A DNA stretch of 64,000 nucleotides from an uncultured Verrucomicrobiae bacterium. Its GTDB lineage: Bacteria > Verrucomicrobiota > Verrucomicrobiia > Limisphaerales > Palsa-1400. The DNA lies in contig CAVXRD010000004.1 of NCBI GenBank assembly GCA_963764165.1, forward strand, positions 672,001 through 736,000, written 5' to 3'. This document shows positions 52,671 to 64,000 of the stretch, piece after piece. Both the position numbers and the translations under genes were made by a program. Below the pieces are notes generated by a model. It was not told the origin of the DNA, made no database searches, and worked only from the letters and a program-made list of their open reading frames with translations. Position 1 is the first letter of the stretch; the number at the start of each line of letters is the position of its first letter.

Positions 52671-54413
52671 ATGGCCGAAGATTCTCAAGGCATTAAGCGC
52701 CCAAGACGCTGGGATGTTCCATTCCAAAGCGAGTTGGCGGAGACGGCGGCCAATCCGATGTCCGAACAGGACGTGGAGCGGTTGATGCAAATCCCTCTTT
52801 TTAAGAAGATGGATCCGAATCGTTTCCCGCCGACCACGCCGTTGCGCGACATTCTTATCAACGACGGCCGGTTGCGCCGTTTCAAATCCGGGGACATTAT
52901 AGTCCGCCAAGGGGACTATGGAAATTCGGCCTTCATTGTGCTTTCTGGTTCGGCGACTGTCGTTCTCGACAAACTCGGAGACGAAGTCACTGGGCGCAAG
53001 CAGCCGACCCGCAAAAGCTTTTTCGACGCCCTGGCGCAGTTGTGGACCAACCCTAAACTGCCTGAAGTTCGCAACCTGACGGAACGCCGCGCTCCGCGGC
53101 CGGTTGGCCAGACGGACATCATCCCCAAGTCCGAAGCGGTGTTCGTCCAAGACATCAACGTCATCATCAAGGACAAGAAAAAAGTGAACTTGCCGGCGGG
53201 CGAATTGTTCGGTGAAATCGCCGCCCTAAGCCGCACGCCGCGCACGACGACCGTGATCGCCGGCGCCGATTCGGAGATGCTGGAGATTCGATGGCAAGGA
53301 TTGCGGGAAATCCGAATGCATGCCCCGCAATTCAAAGCGTACGTGGACAAACTCTACCGCGATAACAGCCTTATAAATCATCTGCGCGAAACCGCGATGT
53401 TCAGCCGTCTGGACGACGCGGCCTTGGAGCGCGTCGCCGCCTCGACCGAGTTCCTGACGTTTGGAAATTTTGAATGGTATGCCGCCTACTCAAAAATTCG
53501 CGAGGCCACCGCTTCGGAACGAATCCACGAAGAGCCCATTGTCGCGCAGGAAGGCCATTATCCCAACGGCGTTTACCTGATACGCAGCGGATTCGCCCGC
53601 TTGAGCGAAGCGTATAATAATGTCGAACGCACTGTCAGCTATTTGGGTCGCGGACAGACGTTTGGTTTTGAGGAAGCCGCGACAAATTGGAAGAAAAAGT
53701 CGGATGTGCCATTTCAGCGCACGCTCCGGGCGGTCGGCTATGTGGACGTTTTGTTTGTGCCAACGTCCGTCCTGGAACAGCATGTTTTCCCAACGATTCC
53801 CGCCGCTGAGATTCCGCAGGTGGAAGAGCGCGCTGGCAGCCGCGGATGGAGCCCGGAAAGCCCCGACACGAAAATCAGCAGCGAGATGATGGAATTCGTC
53901 GTTGAGCAGAGGTTCATCAACGGAACCGCTGCCATGATCATCGACATGGAGCGCTGCACGCGCTGCGACGATTGCGTCAGAGCCTGCGCCGCCACGCATG
54001 ACAATAATCCGCGCTTCCTGCGGCATGGGCCTATTCAAGACGGGTTCATGATCGCCAACGCCTGCATGCACTGCCAGGATCCTGTCTGCATGATTGGATG
54101 CCCCACTGGAGCGATCCACCGCGAATCCGCGCATGGCCGCGTCGTTATCAACGATCAGACTTGCATCGGATGCGCCACCTGCGCGAATAGTTGCCCTTAC
54201 AATAATATTCAAATGGTGACCGCGCGAAATAAAGATGGCCGCCCTTTTTTCGACCAAGCCACGAATCAACCAATTCAGAAGGCTGCCAAATGCGACCTTT
54301 GTTCAACGCAGATCACCGGCCCGGCGTGCGCCAACGCCTGCCCGCATGACGCTCTTGTCCGGATGGATATGAGGAGCGTCGACAAATTGGCGGAATGGAC
54401 GGGCCGCCGATGA
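52671..54413 (+). CDS. Protein with two cNMP-binding domains fused to a DmsB/NrfC-type 4x[4Fe-4S] ferredoxin
   Basis: IVRQGDYG...FGEIAAL..TPRTTTV; second domain QEGHYP...GQTFG; CTRCDDCVRAC, CMHCQDPVCMIGCP, CIGCATCANSCP, KCDLC...CANACP. Confidence 0.9.
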   Translation: MAEDSQGIKRPRRWDVPFQSELAETAANPMSEQDVERLMQIPLFKKMDPNRFPPTTPLRDILINDGRLRRFKSGDIIVRQGDYGNSAFIVLSGSATVVLDKLGDEVTGRKQPTRKSFFDALAQLWTNPKLPEVRNLTERRAPRPVGQTDIIPKSEAVFVQDINVIIKDKKKVNLPAGELFGEIAALSRTPRTTTVIAGADSEMLEIRWQGLREIRMHAPQFKAYVDKLYRDNSLINHLRETAMFSRLDDAALERVAASTEFLTFGNFEWYAAYSKIREATASERIHEEPIVAQEGHYPNGVYLIRSGFARLSEAYNNVERTVSYLGRGQTFGFEEAATNWKKKSDVPFQRTLRAVGYVDVLFVPTSVLEQHVFPTIPAAEIPQVEERAGSRGWSPESPDTKISSEMMEFVVEQRFINGTAAMIIDMERCTRCDDCVRACAATHDNNPRFLRHGPIQDGFMIANACMHCQDPVCMIGCPTGAIHRESAHGRVVINDQTCIGCATCANSCPYNNIQMVTARNKDGRPFFDQATNQPIQKAAKCDLCSTQITGPACANACPHDALVRMDMRSVDKLAEWTGRR

Positions 54414-55219
54414 CGCTCGTCGCGCGCCGATATCTTGGCTGGGGGGTTTTGCTGGCGGCTGCTGGCGCTGCATGGCTTGGAGATTTTGCTTTGCGGGTTC
54501 ATTTGCGGCGGAGCGAGCTGCGGACCGGCGTCGCCCTTTTCGCGACAGTCATTTTATTGACGCTTTTCAACGCGCGGAAAAAGCTGCCCTTCCTCCCGCT
54601 GCTTCGCGCTTCCACATGGATGCAAATTCATATTTACGCGGGGTTGTTTAGCTGCGTTTTGTTCGCGCTCCACGTCGGGTGGAGATTTCCGCGCGGCACC
54701 CTTGAGACGGTCCTCGCGGTGCTGTTTTGTTTGGTGTCGGCTAGCGGCGTGGTTGGGCTGGTGCTTTCCCGGCGGTTGCCTTCCCAGCTTAATACCTCTG
54801 GGGAAAACGTCATATTTGAGCGAATCCCGGCCTTGCGCGCGGCGCTGAGGAGCGAAGTGGAAGCGTTAGTTCTCGAATCCGTCGCTAAAACTCAATCCTC
54901 CACCATCGCGGATTTCTACCAGCTTAAGCTGCAAGGCTATTTTGCCCGCCAGCGCCATGTCTGGCAGCACGTCGCCGGATACGATAAACCAATCTTCAAA
55001 CTGGTTTCCGAAGTGCAGGCGCTCGATCGCTATCTAAACCTGGAGGAGCGTGGCATCATGACATCTGTGCTGGAGAAAGTTTTGGCCAAAAACCACCTGG
55101 ATGTCCAACTCGCCCGGCAAGGCCTGCTCAAAGGCTGGCTCTTTGTGCACATCCCACTCACCTACTCAATGATTCTCGTGGCAACAGTGCACGGGTTCGT
55201 GGCGTGGAAACTTTCATGA
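54410..55219 (+). CDS. Integral membrane protein with 4 intramembrane His (possible di-heme b cytochrome)
   Basis: About 5 hydrophobic helices; WMQIH, ALH, WLFVH, TVH; ATGA overlap. Confidence 0.7.
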   Translation: MTLVARRYLGWGVLLAAAGAAWLGDFALRVHLRRSELRTGVALFATVILLTLFNARKKLPFLPLLRASTWMQIHIYAGLFSCVLFALHVGWRFPRGTLETVLAVLFCLVSASGVVGLVLSRRLPSQLNTSGENVIFERIPALRAALRSEVEALVLESVAKTQSSTIADFYQLKLQGYFARQRHVWQHVAGYDKPIFKLVSEVQALDRYLNLEERGIMTSVLEKVLAKNHLDVQLARQGLLKGWLFVHIPLTYSMILVATVHGFVAWKLS

Positions 55220-55229
55220 GGCTTCCCTG

Positions 55230-57367
55230 ATGCGCCGCCTCCAGGAATTCGGTTTCGAACAGAGCTCTTACGAGCGGCCCAATCAAAAGTGGATCTGCGG
55301 GCGCGCATGCGAGGGCAAATGCTGCCTGGCCGGGCCGGATGCCAAGGGCAACTGCAACGCTTCCGCCGAATGCCGCCCCTTGCGAAAGGGCGACCGCTGG
55401 CAATGCGCGCGCCCGGCATTTCTTGGCGGCCCGTGCGCCGACGGCCCGCTGCCGGATGGCAAATGCTGCCGGGCCATTCCCAAATGCACACCGATTCGCA
55501 GCTTGCGTTCCTGGCGGGGAATTGCGGTCTCTCTCGTTGTGGCCATCACACTGGGATTTCTCTTGCTTGCCTTCGGCTCGCGGCGTGGAAGCCAAGTGCT
55601 CTCCCCTGGTGAGCTCACATTTTCGCACAGCTTCATGGGCGACGATTGCACAAGCTGCCATGGCGCGGCGGGCGGGCGTCCGGCCGCTTGGGGGGCGGTG
55701 ACAGCAGGCTCGATAGGAGCCCACGACAACAGCGCGCTTTGCCTCAACTGCCACAGCGTTGGCGCCGCGCCTCTCCAGCCGCACTCCTTATCGTCTGCGC
55801 AGCTGCAAAGCTTGAATCGTTCGCTTGTCAATCGGGACGGGTCGGGCAAGCCCCCCCTCACCTTGGCGCTGGCATCATTTGTGTCGCACCCGAATCCGCA
55901 CGGCGAAGAGGGCGCCGCAGGCCTCGCATGCGCATCCTGCCACAAGGAGCATCGCGGAAAGGATGCGGATCTCCGGAAACTTTCCAACGATCAATGCCAG
56001 AACTGCCACGCCACTCAATTCAAGAACTTTGCCAGCGGACATCCGCCATTTTCCCACTATCCCACGACCCGCCGCACGCGCATCATCTTCGACCATCTGT
56101 CTCATTTGAACACGCATTTTAAGGATGCGTCTGTGGCGAAATTCGCTCCCGGCTCCTGCCTGGATTGCCACCAAACCGACCTGCGGGGCCAAACAATGGT
56201 CGTCAAATCGTTTGAAGCAGCGTGCGCGTCCTGCCATGACGACCAGATCAAGGGCAAATCCGCTGTCAAGACTGGTATCCCGTTCATTAACATTCCTCGC
56301 ATGGACGACCGCGCGCTCTCTGGCGAATTTTCCATTGGCGAATGGCCCGAAGATGCGGATCAGCCAATTACGCCGTTTTTGCGATTTCTTCTTTCGTCCG
56401 ATCCAGCGATGCGCGATTCCCTGGCGAAACTCAAGGGAACTGATCTTTCAAATTTGCCAAAGACCAATGCGGTAATATTGAAAGCCGCCCAGACGGTCGC
56501 TTGGGGCGTGAAATCACTCATCCTCGATCTCGAAACGCAGGGGCAGCCTGAGATGGTGAAGCGCGCCGCCTCGTCCTTGAATCGCACACTTTCCGATCAC
56601 GAAATTGAGGGGCTCGTGGCATTTCTCGGCACAGAATCGCTGCGGGCCGCGTTCCAATCAGCCTTTCCGAATCTGCAAAAGGAACTTCTCGATTACCGCA
56701 AGAACTCAAAGCCCGCCGCGACGAAATTGGTATCGTCACCAGAATTGGCGGCTCCCGGTCCGATTAAGCCTCCGCCCGCAGATGTGCAGGTGGGACAAGG
56801 CGGTTGGTATAGCGCGGATGGTTCGTTCACGCTATCCTACCACCCGCGCGGACACGCAGACCGTTTTCTCAGCTCGTGGATGAGCTTGACGGTGGACGCC
56901 AGCAAGACGACTGATCCGGCGAGCGCGAGTGCGCTCTTTAACGACCTTTCCGCGCCGAAGGCGGTTGGCCTCTGCGCCAAGTGCCATAGCATTGACGATG
57001 CGCCAGTGAAATTGGTCAATTGGATGCCGCTGGAACCCGATCAAACAGAGCACGGTTTCACCCGCTTCGCGCATTCGCCACACCTCAGTTTGCTCGACAA
57101 CAGGGGATGTTTGACTTGCCATTCGTGGGCGACATCAGATGGAACGGGCAAAGATTCCTACGCCGCCGCATTCGATCCAGGCCAGCGCGATCCTTCCATA
57201 TTTCACAGCAATTTTCAAACGATCGACAAATCCCGGTGCGCGAGCTGCCACCAGCCCCACCAAGTGCGTGAGGATTGCCTGCTCTGCCACAATTATCACA
57301 TCGGAAACTTCAAGCCCGTCGTGGCTCACGCAAAGTTCATTCCCGCCACGCCCGCCAGAATTGCTAA

Positions 57368-57371
<4 letters not shown>
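55230..57371 (+). CDS. Membrane-anchored decaheme c-type cytochrome with a Cys-rich N-terminal domain
   Basis: 10 CxxCH (CTSCH, CLNCH, CASCH, CQNCH, CLDCH, CASCH, CAKCH, CLTCH, CASCH, CLLCH) after a TM helix; 11 Cys before the TM helix. Confidence 0.9.
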
Positions 57372-60067
<2,696 letters not shown>

Positions 60068-60243
60068 TGGGGGGGTGCAAACGATTGAGTTACAAAGAGG
60101 TTAAATCCCAGCGAATCTCAGACCGATCCTCCATTCGATTTGCTCTTTGGCCAAATCTGGCAAGGTTCGCGTGTTTTAATGAGCGCCTGGAGATATTTCG
60201 GAACGGCAATTTTAAACTTCACACATGCAACAACTTACATCGC

Positions 60244-60312
60244 ATGGCGGAAGGGGTTGTTTCCGCGCCCCTTTTGTCATTTAATGATCCGGGCCATAAG
60301 GCACGATTCGCC
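60244..60312 (+). repeat. Direct repeat copy 3, continuing into an intact XRE HTH
   Basis: atggcggaaggggttgtttccgcgccccttttgtcatttaatgatccgggccataaggcacgattcgcc. Confidence 0.88.
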
Positions 60313-60496
60313 TCCGCCCTCCGAGTTCATTTCCAAGTTACTGTTAGATAAACGGTTGCACGCGAATCTTACGCAGAAACAACTCGCTTCCAAACTTGGA
60401 GTCAGTGTTAAAACGGTAAAGAATTGGGAATCCGGTCGCACGAAGCCCGGCTTGGAAATCCGGCGCGAGCTCATGCATTTCTTCTGCGATGCATGA
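60257..60496 (+). CDS. XRE-family helix-turn-helix protein (start uncertain: TTG 60257 or ATG 60284)
   Basis: KRLHANLTQKQLASKLGVSVKTVKNWESGRTKP. Confidence 0.75.
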   Translation: MFPRPFCHLMIRAIRHDSPPPSEFISKLLLDKRLHANLTQKQLASKLGVSVKTVKNWESGRTKPGLEIRRELMHFFCDA

Positions 60497-60979
60497 TCAT
60501 CCTCCGTCGAGAATCCATGCATTCGGCATAGAAATTCGCCCGGCTTGGCCAAAGTTCAATGCGTTGCAAAAATTGAAACAGAAGCTTTTGCGCGCAGTCC
60601 ACCATCCGTCGTGCGCGATGTTGCCTTTTTGCGACCGCACCGTAAGGGCTTTGACGAGTCGGCTCGGGTCTTGCACCTCAGCTCCGCCGGCCTGCCGACC
60701 TGCTTCCCGCACCACTTTGCCCAGCACCGTACGCGCGTCATAGAGTCGCAGACAGCGGCAGGTGTGCGATCCCGATTCGCAAAAGAGGCGTACAACCGGC
60801 GGGCTTTTAATCGCTCGCTGCACTGTTGGTCAAAAAATCGGCCGAACTTCTAAAAAGAAGTTCAGCCAGACAACAATCGGTCTGAGATTGCCGCCGCGTT
60901 TGATCTGCAAAAAATGCAGAAATGCAGGCATTCGGCCCGCTCAGTTACTTAATCGGCGGATTTAAAATAAACTTTAGGG

Positions 60980-63499
60980 CTAAATTTCTGGTGCACGCTC
61001 AATGGCCGCACGCTTGCCGATATTCTTAATTGCGCTCGCAAGTGCCTTTTGTTTGTCTTCCTCAAATGCCGCCGAAACAGCGGGCATAATGTCGTCGGCG
61101 TCATTCAGTAAGAATTCACCCTTTTCGCGGGCTTCATCTGTCTGAAGATACCGGACAAAAGCGGTCGCACGATCCAGTCGCGACGTCATCCGGTTTCGAC
61201 GTTCAACATTCGTTCCCGCAATCCGTTCACTAACAGCAGCTTTGCAGAAGGAATGATAAAGGCTTTCGTCTGCCAAGCCGCAATCCAACGAAACCATTTC
61301 CAAATACGTAAACGTCCGGGAAAGATGTTCCAGCATATAAATACCGAACGCGGTTATTCGAATCTCATCAGCGTAAATTAATTCTTTACCGTCGGTCCCA
61401 GCTTTTTCAACCGAATACGAATCCAAGCGGTTATTGGCTTCAACAAGCCCATGACGCAAAAGCACATCAAGCGCAGATTCGCAGTCCTGGCGCATTCCGA
61501 ATTTACTTTCGAATTCGTCGATCAGACCATCCACGCGCCAATACCCACCCGAATCTGGCGACATTCCGGTGCCATGTCTTAACATCCGCAAAAGCCGAAC
61601 CGTTGTGAAATGTGAACCGTGCTGGGGCGTTCTACATTGATAAATGTTCGGTATTAAGCTCTTATTCTCGTCGTAATTAAACCTTTGTGGCACCATCATC
61701 GGCTTAATTACTTGATGGCTGATCACCGTCCAGTGAATGTTGTTAATCATCTCTTCCACATGGGTATATCCTGAGGATACAAACTGACCGAAAAACTCCA
61801 GGGCAAGACGCGTGTTATCGCGGGAGCATTCTTCGAGAAACCGCCTGAATGCGTTGTTCCTGTCGCGAAACTGGAGCAGGCACGCAATAAAAAACTTCTT
61901 TAGTTCTTCAAAGGGAGCGTCTTCAGGAAGAGTCTCTAATATGCTGGTGCGCCCCTGCGCCGCAAGGTCCGTGATTACCATCCGAATTCTTTTCGTGAAG
62001 ACGCCTGCCAAATCTGGCGCGGCGAGATGATACCCTGCATTCTGATACGCGTCCAACACCCCCACCGTTCGCGCCCGACAATATCGCTCTTCCCGCATAG
62101 AGATAATCCCGACACACTCTAATTCTCGAGAAATGTTCTGCGCCAAGAGAAAACAATGATCCTGCAAAACGGGCGGAAGTTGATCCGTGTTGTCAAAAGC
62201 AATGATCAGCTTCTTGCCATTCCGAAGCCAGTAATTTTTGAGTCGCTGAGCCACATAAACTTTGTCTTCCTTCCATTTGACAGCCAATGCATTCCGCGCG
62301 CGAATGAAGCCTCCACTTCCCATTCCGTACCCAGCAAGCTCCTGTTTCTTAGCAATCTCAAATTTATCTTCAAAAAGCTGCAAAAGACTCTCCATTGAAC
62401 CATCCAATAGCCCGTCCTGATCTAAGGCAATAGTAATTTTGTTCCAAATGTATGTTGTTAGATCATTTTTTTCCTGTGGGGCCCGAAGGCAATCGACAAT
62501 GATTGGAAAGCCACGAAGCACCAGCTGTGTTGGCGCATCGTGATATAGCAATCGCCTTAAAAACGTCGATTTCCCGGCTCCTTTGCCTCCATATAATATT
62601 AAAACCTCGCCGCCGGAATTCCTTTGAAGTGACCGTGCGATTCGGTCACTCAATTTTCCACCCGTTCTCACATTCGCAATATTCTCGGCCCCATCGGCTT
62701 TGAAAAAAGTTGTTAGATCGTCCGTTAGCCGTGTTTTCATTCCTTGCTCAACTTGCCGCGTTCCACGGGCAAAGACGTAACAATGATCCATCATTCTTTT
62801 GTCAGTGGAGGCTATTTCTCCAAAATATTTTCGGGAAATCGGCTCAAGGAATTTTGCAAATGGGTTCTTCTGTACGGTGGCATCATAGTGTGTGATACCA
62901 TTTTTTGCATAATATAACTCACGACCGACGTCCCGCCCGAAACCAAAGGCCAACTGAAGTGAACGGTCACTCGTTATTGCCTGGCACCCAAGGAGGTTAT
63001 AAGCCTCTGTAAATTTATCAGAAAAAAAGGCTAAATCGTATATTACCAAGGCGTCGGCATCCATGAAATGCTTTCCAGGAATGAAACTCCGAAAAATTAT
63101 AAACTCGTGGCCATTCGTCACACATGCGTATTGGCATCCGATGTCTGGACAATATTGCGCTGCCTGCTGTACTGCACTGGCAGTGCTTGCGTCGGTCGCA
63201 AGTGTCCGCAGGCGAACCGTCCGAACATCGTGCCGTTGTTTACCCGCCCTGGTTGGCAATTTGAAATAGTCGCCCTCTCTTTTCGCCTCGATTAGCAAAA
63301 CGGAACGATCAGCTTTGTCGCGTAAGACATAATCGATGTAACCGGGATGCACATGCTGCTCGCACTTTACGCTTTCGCGAGGCCAAGCCAGAACTTCATG
63401 CAAAAGAGGATCAACGATCTGGTGTCTCGTGTCGGCTTCATTAAGGTCACGAGTGCCAAATTTTTTTACAAGCTCCGCAGCGATTTCCCGTCCCGTCAT
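60980..63499 (-). CDS. HsdR_N-like PD-(D/E)XK nuclease fused to a P-loop NTPase; candidate defence protein
   Basis: NEADTR..IVDPLL..VL.W...YIDYVL...LLIEAKR...YACVTNG.EF; Walker A GGKGAGKST; Walker B LIIAFDNTDQ; visibly more AT-rich than the flanks. Confidence 0.8.
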   Translation of the reverse strand: MTGREIAAELVKKFGTRDLNEADTRHQIVDPLLHEVLAWPRESVKCEQHVHPGYIDYVLRDKADRSVLLIEAKREGDYFKLPTRAGKQRHDVRTVRLRTLATDASTASAVQQAAQYCPDIGCQYACVTNGHEFIIFRSFIPGKHFMDADALVIYDLAFFSDKFTEAYNLLGCQAITSDRSLQLAFGFGRDVGRELYYAKNGITHYDATVQKNPFAKFLEPISRKYFGEIASTDKRMMDHCYVFARGTRQVEQGMKTRLTDDLTTFFKADGAENIANVRTGGKLSDRIARSLQRNSGGEVLILYGGKGAGKSTFLRRLLYHDAPTQLVLRGFPIIVDCLRAPQEKNDLTTYIWNKITIALDQDGLLDGSMESLLQLFEDKFEIAKKQELAGYGMGSGGFIRARNALAVKWKEDKVYVAQRLKNYWLRNGKKLIIAFDNTDQLPPVLQDHCFLLAQNISRELECVGIISMREERYCRARTVGVLDAYQNAGYHLAAPDLAGVFTKRIRMVITDLAAQGRTSILETLPEDAPFEELKKFFIACLLQFRDRNNAFRRFLEECSRDNTRLALEFFGQFVSSGYTHVEEMINNIHWTVISHQVIKPMMVPQRFNYDENKSLIPNIYQCRTPQHGSHFTTVRLLRMLRHGTGMSPDSGGYWRVDGLIDEFESKFGMRQDCESALDVLLRHGLVEANNRLDSYSVEKAGTDGKELIYADEIRITAFGIYMLEHLSRTFTYLEMVSLDCGLADESLYHSFCKAAVSERIAGTNVERRNRMTSRLDRATAFVRYLQTDEAREKGEFLLNDADDIMPAVSAAFEEDKQKALASAIKNIGKRAAIERAPEI

Positions 63500-64000
63500 A
63501 TAGGATTATAGTCAGAATGGAAAACAATTCACAACGCCGGAAACGAAGTTTTTTGCAAGTTTCGTTCATAATTGAACCGAACTCCGGCCCTGGCCCCTCG
63601 ACCGCCGCCTCGCCGGGTTGGATGCGAATTCGGGTTTGTTCGCCGCGCCCTCGTCCCATTTTACCATCCGGTCAAGGTCGTTCCGGATCAGCCCGGTCGA
63701 AGGCGTTCCACCGCGCTCGCCCAGCCTTGACTTCGGACAATGCATCCAGAGGGCGGGCGGTGACCGTGCCTCCTTTCCAGAATCCTCCCGCGCCTGGCGT
63801 GTGGTGGGTATACGTATGCGACGTTAAGAAACTTGATGCAGGGCGGGCGTCTCACAAGGAATTGGCGGAAATCGCCGTGGCCAAAACCGCCGCAGTCGAA
63901 CAAAATATCCGGACGGCGCAGCAACTGGCGAATTCGAGAGGAAACGTCGAAACGGTCGACTACGCCTCAGGAACAGCAAAACCGAGGTCAAGCGCTGGGG

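Noticed and set aside
60980..63499. Type I restriction subunit HsdR
   Set aside because: Only the nuclease domain resembles it; there are no DEAH helicase motifs and no hsdM/hsdS in the window.
63640..64000. Open plus-strand frame running off the right edge (...KELAEIAVAKTAAVEQ...)
   Set aside because: No clear start codon or recognisable motif; it cannot be supported without more sequence.

Overview
A 64-kb GC-rich bacterial window. The gene content (H-X9-DG prepilin-like protein, LamG/passenger-repeat surface proteins with an 'F-Y-R/L-V' C-terminal domain, DUF5107) suggests Verrucomicrobiota, Pedosphaera-like; this is an inference. Left to right: (1) a >2,500-aa poly-HAMP hybrid histidine kinase that the ORF track missed because it runs off the left edge, preceded by two tandem NarL-type regulators; (2) a cluster of secreted proteins (a C25/gingipain-fold FN3 protein, three tandem ~200-aa paralogues of unknown function, an RCC1-repeat protein); (3) housekeeping-type genes (udk, REC, flavin reductase, YkgJ/FliB-like, tdh), with a 140-bp MITE inserted in a palindrome; (4) an AraC/XylR-regulated glycan locus (sugar porter, DUF5107-TPR, mutarotase-like, GH36, GH97, GH95) that shares a 45-bp operator-like element with a divergent LamG surface protein/prepilin operon; (5) three copies of a ~70-bp direct repeat (38.6, 44.7, 60.2 kb) that divide the right third into stacked segments. 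These segments are a decaying two-component islet; zwf plus a 7-gene porin/multiheme cytochrome/cNMP-FeS/FNR electron-transfer cluster (19 CxxCH motifs) and GH63; and an XRE HTH plus an AT-richer HsdR_N-nuclease/P-loop NTPase gene that is a defence candidate. All calls come from reading motifs by eye; no database searches were run.
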